Below are positions 19,461 to 28,016 of a stretch of 64,000 nucleotides of DNA, in pieces. This stretch comes from Thermoplasmata archaeon. GTDB lineage: Archaea > Thermoplasmatota > Thermoplasmata > Lutacidiplasmatales > UBA184. The stretch covers positions 136-64,135 of the forward strand of contig DATJUZ010000037.1 in NCBI GenBank assembly GCA_035502035.1, written 5' to 3'. The translations under genes were made by a program, and so were the position numbers. The notes beneath the pieces were generated by a model. It worked only from the letters and a program-made list of their open reading frames with translations. It was not told the DNA's origin and did no database searches. Each line of letters begins with the position of its first letter. Position 1 is the first letter of the stretch.

Positions 19461-21305
19461 CTAGCGGGTCGGCCTCGATCGGCGGGGCGATCGCTTCGCG
19501 CCGCGCTGCCGGCGGCCCCTTGGGGTGCGCACGTCCCGGCGACGGGGGCTCCGCTGCTGGTCGCTGACCCACTCCCGGAGGCGACGTTCGAGCTCCCCGA
19601 GCGGGATCCCCCCCTCCGCGAGCGCGACGTCGTGGAACGCCCGCTCGTCGAACCGGTCGCCGAGCGCCTGCTCGGCGAGGGTCCGCAGCTCGCGGAACTT
19701 CAGCTGGCCGATCTTGTAGGCGAGCGCCTGCGCGGGCCAGACGATGTAACGGTCGACCTCGACGGTGATGTCGAGGTCGCTCATGCCGGTGTGCTCTCGG
19801 AAGAACTCGATCGCCCGGTCGCGGCTCCAGCCGAGCGCGTGCATGCCCGTGTCGACCACGAGACGGATCGAGCGCCAGATGTCGTGGTCGAGCGCCCCGA
19901 AGCGGGCGTACGGGTCGCGGTAGAGGCCGAGCTCCTCGCCGAGGCCCTCGGCGTAGAGGCCCCACCCCTCCACGAACGCCGTCTCCCCGCTGAACCGGCG
20001 GAACGTCGGGACGTCCTCGAGCTCCGCAGCGATCGCGGTCTGGAGGTGGTGCCCCGGCACCGCCTCGTGGAGCGCGAGCGACTCCATGCGCCAGGTCGGG
20101 CGGGCCGTGAGGTCGTGGGTGTTGGCGTAGAAGAACCCCGGCCGCCCCTCCTCGGGCGAGCCCGAGACGTAGTAGGCGGCGGGGACGCTCGGGGCCTGGA
20201 ACTCCGGTATCGGCAGGACGCCGTACGGCAGGCGGGGGAGCTTGCCGAAGTGTCGGGCGAGCTCCGGGTCGATCCGTTTGGTGAGCGCGCGATAGCCGTC
20301 GACGAGCGCCGCGGGCGTCGGGTGGCGGAACTTCGGGTCGGTCCGCAGGAACCGGTGGAACTCGGCGAGGGTCCCGGTGAACCCGGTGGAGCGGACGAGG
20401 CGGTCGATCTCGAGGCGCATCCGTCGGACCTCCTCGAGCCCGATCGCGTGGACCTGCTCGGCCGTGAGCTCGGTGGTCGTCGTCCAGCGGACGTGGTGGT
20501 CGTAGGCGCGGCGGCCGCTCGGCAGCTCGGAGGCGGCGATCGTCGTGCGCGCGGCGGGGAGGTACTCGTCGACGAGATAGCGATGCAGCCTCAGGAACGC
20601 CGGGCGGACCCGCTCGAGGTACGCCGTCCGAGCCTCGCCGGACAACCGCGCCCTCTCCTCCGCGTCCAGCGGGGCGGCGGGCTCCGCGAACGGCTCCCAG
20701 AGGGGGCTCTGGGTCGGGTCGGCCGGCACGAGCGCCTCGACCTGCGCCGGGACCCCACGGATCGCGACCCGCGGCGGACTGTAGCCGCGGCGGAGCCCGT
20801 CGCGGAGCAGGGCGAGGTTCTGGTCGACCGCCGTCGGCAGCGCCTGCAGCCGGGCGACGACCGCCTCCAGGTCGGCGCGGGTGCGCCGGGGCTGCAGGGG
20901 GATCAGCTGGCCGGCGGTGACGTGGAGGCCGTCCATCTGGTGGACGGGCGTCCAGAGGTTGTGCGGCAGCCCGAAGTGGAACGGCAGCGGGTCGTCACCG
21001 AACGCCCGGCCGGCGACCGCGAGGCGCAGGAGCCGGTCGTAGAGGCGGTGGTTCAGTCGTTCGCGGGGACCCAGACGTTTCGGGTCGATCCGACCGAACT
21101 CGCGGGCGCTCTCCTGCAGCTGACCGTCCCGCGCGCGGATGCCAGCGACCGAGTCGTCGGTCCACCGGTCGTTCTGTCCGGGGAAGCCGACGCTCGTCGC
21201 GACCTCGGGGGAGAGGACCATCCAGCGGGCCCAGTCCTTCTCGAGGAACGCGCGCAGCCGCTGCTCCTCTCCGGAACGGCGCGTCCGTGGCGGGGTCCCG
21301 ACCAT
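19461..21305 (-). CDS. DUF885 family protein (metallopeptidase-like HExxxGHH motif)
   Basis: ATG at 21305 (verified). HEAVPGHHLQ and the surrounding pattern are as I recall for DUF885. 614 aa. Confidence 0.7.
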   Translation of the reverse strand: MVGTPPRTRRSGEEQRLRAFLEKDWARWMVLSPEVATSVGFPGQNDRWTDDSVAGIRARDGQLQESAREFGRIDPKRLGPRERLNHRLYDRLLRLAVAGRAFGDDPLPFHFGLPHNLWTPVHQMDGLHVTAGQLIPLQPRRTRADLEAVVARLQALPTAVDQNLALLRDGLRRGYSPPRVAIRGVPAQVEALVPADPTQSPLWEPFAEPAAPLDAEERARLSGEARTAYLERVRPAFLRLHRYLVDEYLPAARTTIAASELPSGRRAYDHHVRWTTTTELTAEQVHAIGLEEVRRMRLEIDRLVRSTGFTGTLAEFHRFLRTDPKFRHPTPAALVDGYRALTKRIDPELARHFGKLPRLPYGVLPIPEFQAPSVPAAYYVSGSPEEGRPGFFYANTHDLTARPTWRMESLALHEAVPGHHLQTAIAAELEDVPTFRRFSGETAFVEGWGLYAEGLGEELGLYRDPYARFGALDHDIWRSIRLVVDTGMHALGWSRDRAIEFFREHTGMSDLDITVEVDRYIVWPAQALAYKIGQLKFRELRTLAEQALGDRFDERAFHDVALAEGGIPLGELERRLREWVSDQQRSPRRRDVRTPRGRRQRGAKRSPRRSRPTR

Positions 21306-21362
21306 GCTCCGGCTCCGCGGCCGCAACCGGGCGCGCCTTAAGACGCTCCGGCGACGGTCCGC

Positions 21363-21959
21363 TCACCCTCGTCGGGCGGTCGTGCGCCGCGGGGCAGCCG
21401 AGCCGGTCGCCGGGGTCGCCGAGGGCGACGCCGGGGAGACGGGGGGCGGAAGGGACGCCGGGGCGGCGGACGTCCTCTGCCACAGGTCCCGGAACGTCTC
21501 GAAGTGGCGCAGGTACGGGTCGGCGCGGCGCCGGTCCTCGAGCTCGCCCAGGGCGATCTCGAGGAGCGCCTTGGCCTTCGGGTCGCCGGCCGAGGCCTGG
21601 GCGAAGTAGACGCAGAGGACCTGGTAGTGCGGCAGGACGAAGGCGTCCGGGCGCGGGGTGCTCATGTCGCCCTTTCGGGGGCGATAGATCCGCTCGATCG
21701 GCACCTCGAGCGCGAGGACCTTGCGGTGGGAGAAGCCGAAATAGTGTCCCGCACCCAGCACGCGGGTCACCTCGCGGACGTTCCCGGCCAGGTTGTTCGT
21801 GAGCCGGTCGCACTCGTGCCAGCACCAGAGGCCGAAGCCGTGGTCCCCCTCCTGGTACGCCTCCCAGGCCTGGCCGTACAGCTGGCGCTCGCGCGCCTCC
21901 TCGGGTACCTCGGGGGGAAGCGCCGCCTTCCAGTCGGAGATCAGCAGGTCGACCCGCAT
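21363..21959 (-). CDS. hypothetical protein (198 aa)
   Basis: ATG at 21959 (verified). Non-biased composition (GLWCWHECDRLTNNLAGNVREV). This is the C-terminal part of track ORF 21363..23585; the remainder of that ORF is a shadow of the amidohydrolase. Confidence 0.55.
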   Translation of the reverse strand: MRVDLLISDWKAALPPEVPEEARERQLYGQAWEAYQEGDHGFGLWCWHECDRLTNNLAGNVREVTRVLGAGHYFGFSHRKVLALEVPIERIYRPRKGDMSTPRPDAFVLPHYQVLCVYFAQASAGDPKAKALLEIALGELEDRRRADPYLRHFETFRDLWQRTSAAPASLPPPVSPASPSATPATGSAAPRRTTARRG

Positions 21960-22030
21960 CGACGGCGAGAACTCGCGACGGGTCGGCACCCCCGGGTCGT
22001 CGGGCACGGCCCGGGGAGAGCGACCGGGGC

Positions 22031-23575
22031 TTAGCGCCGCCCCTCCGTCGGGACGGGGGGCTCGAGCATCGGCCGGCCGGCGACCCACGTCTGGCGCACG
22101 CTGGACGCGCCGAGCCGGACCGCCTCTTCCCAGCGGGGGACCCCCAGGACCAGCAGATCCGCCGGTGCCCCGGGCTCGAGCCGGCCCCCGTCCGGAAGGC
22201 CCAGCGCCGCGTAGGCGCCCGTCGTATAGAGGGCCCACGCCTCCCGGAGCGAGAGCGCCTCGTCCGGCGAGGGGTTCGCCGAACGCCCGAGGTCGTCCCG
22301 CCGGCTCACCGCTGCCGCAAGGCCGCGCCAGGGGTCCGCCGGGTCGTACGGTGCGTCGCTCGACCCGGCGAGCGGTACTCCCAGGTCGGCGAGGGTCCGG
22401 AAGGCGTAGGCCCAGCGTCGCCGCTCGGGGCCGAGCCGCGCGCCGAGCCAGTGGTCGCTGAGCACGAACCCCGGCTGGACGACCAAATGGGGACGCTGGG
22501 TCCCGAGCCTCGCGAGGGTCGACGGCGGCGTCAGGCTCGCGTGCTCGATGCGCGGGGGCGCCGGCGTGCCGGGAGCGCCGGCGAGCAGCTCGACCGCTCG
22601 GGCGACCGCCCGGTCGCCGATCGCGTGGAGGGCGGACGCCAGCCCCCGGTTCCCCGCGTCGACGATCGCCGCGCGCACCTCCGCGTCGGCCCCACGATCG
22701 AGGCCGCGCTCCGACCGGGCATCCTCGTACGGCTCGGAGAGCGAGGCGGTGCGCGGACCGAACGCCCCGTCCAGGAACCCCTTCGCCCCGACGACGGCCA
22801 GGCGTCCGACTTGGGCAGGCCGGCGGGTCGCGTTCTCGCCGGTCGCGGGGAGCAGCGGCGGGTAGGCACGGACCCGCACGGGCAAGCGGTCCGCGGCGGC
22901 GAGCTCCTCGAGCAGCGTGAGCTCGGGGGGGTGCGTGTTCATCGTGCCAACGCACGTGAGCCCGAGCCGCGCGAGCTCGGTCAAGGTCGTCGCGAGCGCC
23001 TCGGCCGTGAGCGGCAGCGCCTCGTCGACGAGCGGTCGAACGGCCGCCTGCTCCTCCTCGAGCAGGACCGACGGCTCGGGGGACCGCCGGCTCGACAGGG
23101 CGCGCGGGTCGAGCGCCCGTTCGAGCGCTGCTCCGTTCACCGCGGCCGCGTGGCCGCTCGCGTGGAACAGCACGACGGGCCGGCCGCGGGCGGGCGCGTC
23201 GAGCTCGGCGAGCGTCGGCCAGCGCCGCTCGGCGAGACGCTCGAGGTCCAGGCCCCGGCCGACGATCGCCCCCCGTTCGTGAGCGGCCCCGTAGCGGGCG
23301 ATCGCCTCCTGGAGCGCGCCGAGGGAGCGGACGCCTCCGAGGTCGACCCCCGCGCGCTCGCGGGCGATCTCCCCGACGTGGAGGTGCGCGTCGGCCAGTC
23401 CCGGCACGACCGAGCCGCCCTCGAGGTCGATGCGCTCGGCCCCGACGGGCGTTTGGCGCTCGAGCTCGGCGAGCGGGCCGGCGGCGATCACGTGGCCGTC
23501 GTCGATGAGGAGCGCCTCGGTCCGGCGGCGGCCGGTGAAGATCCGGCCTCCCCGGAACAGGACGGCGTCGCTCAT
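22031..23575 (-). CDS. amidohydrolase-3 family metal-dependent hydrolase (YtcJ-like)
   Basis: 514 aa with ATG at 23575 (verified). VVPGLADAHLHV metal motif and a C-terminal GSSDAPY motif. Confidence 0.8.
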   Translation of the reverse strand: MSDAVLFRGGRIFTGRRRTEALLIDDGHVIAAGPLAELERQTPVGAERIDLEGGSVVPGLADAHLHVGEIARERAGVDLGGVRSLGALQEAIARYGAAHERGAIVGRGLDLERLAERRWPTLAELDAPARGRPVVLFHASGHAAAVNGAALERALDPRALSSRRSPEPSVLLEEEQAAVRPLVDEALPLTAEALATTLTELARLGLTCVGTMNTHPPELTLLEELAAADRLPVRVRAYPPLLPATGENATRRPAQVGRLAVVGAKGFLDGAFGPRTASLSEPYEDARSERGLDRGADAEVRAAIVDAGNRGLASALHAIGDRAVARAVELLAGAPGTPAPPRIEHASLTPPSTLARLGTQRPHLVVQPGFVLSDHWLGARLGPERRRWAYAFRTLADLGVPLAGSSDAPYDPADPWRGLAAAVSRRDDLGRSANPSPDEALSLREAWALYTTGAYAALGLPDGGRLEPGAPADLLVLGVPRWEEAVRLGASSVRQTWVAGRPMLEPPVPTEGRR

Positions 23576-23621
23576 CCGGTCCCACCGGCCGACGCGCGCT
23601 CGTCGGTCCAGCGGCGCTCCC

Positions 23622-25082
23622 CTAGACGTCGAGGTACCGGTAGAACTCGTACGGGTGGGGCCGCAGGTTCAGCTCGAGCTGCTCCTCGCGCTTGAGCTCG
23701 AGGTAGGTGTCGATCAGGCTGTCGACGAACGCCGGCTTCAGGAACTCCCGGTCGGACGCCAGGCACTCGAGCGACTCGCCGAGGGAGCCCGGGAGCTCGC
23801 GGATCTGGAGTTCGCGGCGCTTCGCTGGGGTGAGCTTGTAGATGTTCTCGTCGACGGGGGGAGGAGGCTCGATCTTCCGTCGGATCCCGTCCAGCCCCGC
23901 CAGCGCGAGCGCCGCCTCGGTCAGGTAGATGTTCGCCGCCGAGTCCGGCGTGCGGTACTCGATCCGCTTCGCGGCGGGGCGACCGCGGTGGTAGAACGGG
24001 ATCCGCACGTTCGCCGACCGGTTCGCCTTGCTCCAGGCGATGAAGACCGGAGCCTCGTACCCCGGCACCAGGCGTCGGTAGGAGTTCGTGATCGGATTGG
24101 TGATCGCGCAGAGCGCCCGCGCGTGCTCGAGCAGGCCACCGATGTAGTACCGGCACGTCTGGCTGACCTCGGCGTACGGATCGGCGGCGTCGTAGAAGGC
24201 GTTCGTGCCGTGGTTCCAGAGCGACTGGTTCGTGTGCATCCCGATCCCGTTGTCGCCGTAGATCGGCTTCGGCATCAGGCAGGCGAGCTTGCCGTGGCGG
24301 TGGGCGACGTTCTTGATGACGTACCGGAGGTCCTGCACGTGGTCGGCCATCGGGACGAGCTCGTCGAAGCGGAGGTTGATCTCCGACTGGCTCGCGGTCG
24401 CGACCTCGTGATGGTGCGCGTCCATCGTCAGATGGAAATCGTCGGCGAGGATGTTGCAGACCTCCGCCCGCAGTCCGACCAGGGAGTCGACCGGCGGCGT
24501 GCGGTGGTAGCCTTCCTTGAACCGGATCGTCGGATGGGCGCTGCCGGGCGCCCAGGGCGATTCCGCCTGGTGGATCAGGTAGCCGGCCCCGGCCCAGGCG
24601 TCCCGAACGCCGTCGTACGACGGGGTGAGCTCGACGGAATCGAAGACGAAGAACTCGACCTCGGGTCCCCAGTACGACCGGTCGTAGCCGGCGTCGGCGA
24701 GGACCCGCTCCGTCTTGCGCGCGACCCCCCGGGGGTCGTGCTCGTAGGCCTCCTTCGAGGCGCCGAGCCGGACGTCACAGATGAACCGGACCGTCCGGCC
24801 CGCCTCGGGGTTCCACGGGATGGTGGCGACCGTCGTGGGGTCGGGGACGAGGAGCATGTCCGACTCGAAGATCTCCCGGAAGCCCCGGACCGACGAGCCG
24901 TCCAGCTTCGGGACCCCGCTGCGGAACATCTCCGCCTCGATCGCCTCGCGCGGGACGTCGACCTGGTTGTACCCGCCGAAAACGTCCGTGTAGAACAGCT
25001 GGACCCAGCGTACCTTGTCGGCCGCCAGTCGCTCGACCACCGCCTCGCCTTCCTGCGCCGTCGCCCCCGCACGCTCCGCCAC
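23622..25082 (-). CDS. glnA: glutamine synthetase type I (or GS-like ligase)
   Basis: 486 aa with GTG at 25082. Motifs GPEVEFFVFD, HHHEVATASQSEINLRF, GDNGIGMHTNQSLW, NSYRRLVPGYEAP, RIEYRTPDSAAN. Confidence 0.85.
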   Translation of the reverse strand: MAERAGATAQEGEAVVERLAADKVRWVQLFYTDVFGGYNQVDVPREAIEAEMFRSGVPKLDGSSVRGFREIFESDMLLVPDPTTVATIPWNPEAGRTVRFICDVRLGASKEAYEHDPRGVARKTERVLADAGYDRSYWGPEVEFFVFDSVELTPSYDGVRDAWAGAGYLIHQAESPWAPGSAHPTIRFKEGYHRTPPVDSLVGLRAEVCNILADDFHLTMDAHHHEVATASQSEINLRFDELVPMADHVQDLRYVIKNVAHRHGKLACLMPKPIYGDNGIGMHTNQSLWNHGTNAFYDAADPYAEVSQTCRYYIGGLLEHARALCAITNPITNSYRRLVPGYEAPVFIAWSKANRSANVRIPFYHRGRPAAKRIEYRTPDSAANIYLTEAALALAGLDGIRRKIEPPPPVDENIYKLTPAKRRELQIRELPGSLGESLECLASDREFLKPAFVDSLIDTYLELKREEQLELNLRPHPYEFYRYLDV

Positions 25083-25171
25083 CGCGCTCCCCCCGTCCGG
25101 CCGAGCGGGCCCGGCTACAAGAGCCCTGAGGCCGGCCGACTGGACGAACGTCCAGATTCATCGACCAAGCC

Positions 25172-25180
25172 CTTATGATA
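25172..25180 (+). promoter_or_regulatory. TATA-like box (CTTATGATA) about 25 nt upstream of the lrp ATG
   Basis: An AT-rich 9-mer in the glnA-lrp divergent spacer. The spacing suggests a leaderless or very short-leader lrp mRNA. Confidence 0.4.
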
Positions 25181-25200
25181 GACCGCACTGATGAAGGAGC

Positions 25201-25692
25201 ATGGGTCGTGCGTCCAGCCTCGACGAGCTCGACCGGGCGATCCTGGAGGAGCTGAACGTCGACGCGCGGGCGAGCCACCGCGCGATCGCGCACCGGCTGA
25301 AGGTCTCCCCCACGACCGTCAGCTCCCGCGTGGCGCAGATGGAGCAGGACGGGGTGATCCGCGGCTACGTGCCGGTGCTGGACGACGAACACCTCGGCTG
25401 GGACCTCTGCGCGATCGTCGGGGTGCGGATCTCCAAGGGGAAGCTGCGCGAGGTCGAGGAGCACCTCGCCCGCGACCCGCACGCCTACGCGATCTACGAT
25501 GTCACGGGCGATTACGACGCGCTCCTGATCGGGCGGTTCCGCGACCGGCGCGACCTCGACCGGTTCGTCAAGCACGCGCTCCAGGACCCGCACGTCGAGC
25601 GCTCCAACACCCAGGTCGTGCTCAACCGGGTGAAGGAGGACCGACGCGTACCGGTCGTCCTGCGTCCCGGACCCCGAGCGGGCTCCGACTAG
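25201..25692 (+). CDS. lrp: Lrp/AsnC family transcriptional regulator
   Basis: 163 aa. LDELDRAILEELNVDARASHRAIAHRLKVSPTTVSSRVAQMEQDGVIRGY (HTH_AsnC) followed by an RAM/AsnC_trans_reg domain. Confidence 0.9.
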   Translation: MGRASSLDELDRAILEELNVDARASHRAIAHRLKVSPTTVSSRVAQMEQDGVIRGYVPVLDDEHLGWDLCAIVGVRISKGKLREVEEHLARDPHAYAIYDVTGDYDALLIGRFRDRRDLDRFVKHALQDPHVERSNTQVVLNRVKEDRRVPVVLRPGPRAGSD

Positions 25693-25747
25693 CCCCGCGC
25701 CCGCAACGCTATCTGCCCGGCCGACGCTCGCCGGAACGGGGCCGACG

Positions 25748-26575
25748 ATGGACTGGGGGATGCGCAACCGGATGAGCCGGATGTTCCGGCCCGCCAGCGG
25801 CAACTCGGTGATGCTCGCGGTGGACCACGGCTACTTCATGGGGCCGACCCGCCGCCTCGAGGACGTCGGGGCGACGATCCGCCCGCTGCTGCCCCACGCG
25901 GACGCGCTCGCCCTGACCCGCGGGGTGCTGCGCTCGAGCGTTCCGCCCGAGGCGACGACCCCGATCGTGCTGCGGGTCTCCGGCGGGGCGACGATCCTCC
26001 AGGAGGACCTCTCCCACGAGGCGATCACGACGGCGATCGAGGATGCCGCCCGTCTCAACGTCAGTGCCGTCGCCCTGTCGGTGTTCGTGGGGGCGCCGCA
26101 CGAGCACCAGAGCCTGGTCAACCTCTCGAAGCTCGTCGATGACGGCGAGCAGGCCGGCCTCCCGGTGCTCGCGATCACCGCGGTCGGCAAGGAGCTCGAG
26201 AAGCGGGATGCCCGCTACCTCGCGCTCGCCTGTCGCGTGGCAGCGGAGATCGGCGCCCACGTCGTGAAGACGTACTACTGCGACGGCTTCGCGAAGGTGG
26301 TGGAGGGCTGTCCGGTCCCGCTCGTCGTCGCCGGCGGGCCGAAGCTCGACAGCGACCGGGCCGCCCTCGAGCTCGCTCACGGCGCGATCTCGGACGGGGC
26401 GCACGGCGTCGACATGGGTCGCAACATCTGGCAATCCGACCACCCGGTCGCGATGCTCAAGGCCCTCCGGGCGATCGTCCACGAGAAGGCGACGGTGGGC
26501 GAGGCGCTCGACCTGCTGGAGGACGAGAAGTCACGGGCGACCGCCGCCGACGCTTCCGTCGCCCCGGCGGCCTAG
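25748..26575 (+). CDS. class I aldolase of the DhnA/FbaB/LsrF family
   Basis: 275 aa. Motifs VDHGYFMGP, a Schiff-base-lysine context AHVVKTYY, and VVAGGPK..GVDMGRNIWQ. Confidence 0.8.
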   Translation: MDWGMRNRMSRMFRPASGNSVMLAVDHGYFMGPTRRLEDVGATIRPLLPHADALALTRGVLRSSVPPEATTPIVLRVSGGATILQEDLSHEAITTAIEDAARLNVSAVALSVFVGAPHEHQSLVNLSKLVDDGEQAGLPVLAITAVGKELEKRDARYLALACRVAAEIGAHVVKTYYCDGFAKVVEGCPVPLVVAGGPKLDSDRAALELAHGAISDGAHGVDMGRNIWQSDHPVAMLKALRAIVHEKATVGEALDLLEDEKSRATAADASVAPAA

Positions 26576-26608
26576 ACCACCGCGCCGCACGGCCGGGCGT
26601 GACAACGG

Positions 26609-26616
26609 TCTTATCC
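26609..26616 (+). promoter_or_regulatory. TATA-like box (TCTTATCC) about 28 nt upstream of tRNA-Leu
   Basis: The spacing to tRNA position +1 at 26640 is typical of archaeal promoters. Confidence 0.45.
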
Positions 26617-26639
26617 CGCACGTTGATGGACGCGCCCGC

Positions 26640-26724
26640 GCGGGGATTGCCAAGCTTGGCCAAAGGCGCCAGATTCAGGGTCTGGTCCCGTAGGGGTTCG
26701 TGGGTTCAAATCCCTCTCCCCGCA
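26640..26724 (+). tRNA. tRNA-Leu (anticodon CAG), class II with a long variable arm; CCA not encoded
   Basis: Folded by hand. Acceptor GCGGGGA/TCCCCGC. Anticodon stem CCAGA/TCTGG with loop TTCAGGG. Variable arm TCCCGTAGGGGTTC. T-arm GTGGG-TTCAAAT-CCCTC, with one U-U mismatch at 50:64. Discriminator A. Confidence 0.9.
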
Positions 26725-26800
26725 CCGGGGATTTGAGCCCGCGCGCCGAGGGACGCCTCGGGTCGCGGCGGTGCCGGGGCGCCGGCGGCCGAACCGGGAA

Positions 26801-27820
26801 TCAGACCGGGGCAGTACAGTCCAGCACGACCACCCCGACGACCCGATCCTGCTTCAGGTCGGCCAGCGCCGCGTTCGCCTCGGCGAGCGGGCGGGTGCGG
26901 GTGGTGCTCTCGAGGTGGAGACGGTCGGCGAGCGCGAGGAACTCGCGCGCGTCCGCCCGCGTGTTCGCCTCTACGCTGACGAGCCGACGCTCCCCGAACA
27001 GCCATCGGTCGTAGTCGATCGGCGGGATCGGCGTTGAGTGGATCGCCGCGACCGCCACCGTTCCCCCCTTGCGGAGCTCGCGCAGCGCCTGCAGGACGAC
27101 CTCGCCGGCCGGCGCGAACACGACCGCGCCGTCCAGGCTCGGGCTTCGGTCGCCGAGCGCGGTCGGATCGCCCAGGACCGTCTCGGAGGCCCCGAGCCGG
27201 CGTGCGAGCTCGAGGTGCGCCGGGTCGCGGGTGTAGGCGACCGTCTCGAACCCCTGCCGCGCGGCGAGCTGGAGCGTCAGGTGGGCCGATCCCCCGAAGC
27301 CGAAGAACCCGATCCGTCCCCCGGGGCGCGGCATCGCGGCCTTGAAGGCGCGGTAGCCGATGATCCCGGCGCAGAGGAACGGCGCGAACCGCACGGGGTC
27401 GCCCGGGGGGAGCCGAAGGACGAACCCCTCGTCCCCGAGGACGTACGGTGCGTAGCCGCCCGGGGTCGAGTAACCGGTGAACTCCTTGCGGTCGCAGAGG
27501 TTCTCCCGGCCGGTCGCGCAGTAGTCGCACCGCCCGCAGGTCCGGTGGAGCCAGGGGACCCCGACCCGGTCCCCGACCGCGAGGGACCGGACCCCTTCTC
27601 CCAGCCGCTCGACCGTACCGACGATCTCGTGGCCCGGGATCACCCACGGGAGCCGGGGCGGCAGGTCGCCCTCGACCACGTGCAGGTCGGTCCGGCAGAC
27701 GCCGCACATCTGGACGCGGACGAGGACCTCGCCCGCGGCCGGTGCCGGGGTCGGCACCTCCTCCGCGTGAAGCGGCCCCGACCCCACCGGTGCCGGCCGG
27801 TGCAGGACCATCGCGCGCAT
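26801..27820 (-). CDS. zinc-type (MDR) alcohol dehydrogenase
   Basis: ATG at 27820 (MRAMVLH; alternative ATG at 27811). Motifs [32 protein letters not shown]. Confidence 0.85.
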   Translation of the reverse strand: MRAMVLHRPAPVGSGPLHAEEVPTPAPAAGEVLVRVQMCGVCRTDLHVVEGDLPPRLPWVIPGHEIVGTVERLGEGVRSLAVGDRVGVPWLHRTCGRCDYCATGRENLCDRKEFTGYSTPGGYAPYVLGDEGFVLRLPPGDPVRFAPFLCAGIIGYRAFKAAMPRPGGRIGFFGFGGSAHLTLQLAARQGFETVAYTRDPAHLELARRLGASETVLGDPTALGDRSPSLDGAVVFAPAGEVVLQALRELRKGGTVAVAAIHSTPIPPIDYDRWLFGERRLVSVEANTRADAREFLALADRLHLESTTRTRPLAEANAALADLKQDRVVGVVVLDCTAPV

Positions 27821-28016
27821 CGATCGACCGTCGTCCCCCGCCGCGCGGGCCACCGCCCGGCGGCGCGGCTGCGGGTCCACGGCCCCCCGTCCGCATAATC
27901 GTTCGCCGAAGGCGGTCGGCCCCGCACACGGCCGCGGGACGCACGGACGGCCCGGCCAGGGGAACCGTTTTGGCTGGACATCGCGCGAGGGCGGCCGAGC
28001 GAACGGGGGTCCCTCG

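Noticed and set aside
25175-25194. Box C/D-like motifs (ATGATAG ... CTGATGA) in the glnA-lrp spacer
   Set aside because: The C box is imperfect, there is no terminal D box or stem, and the element is too short. The TATA box and the SD/start context of lrp explain the sequence better.
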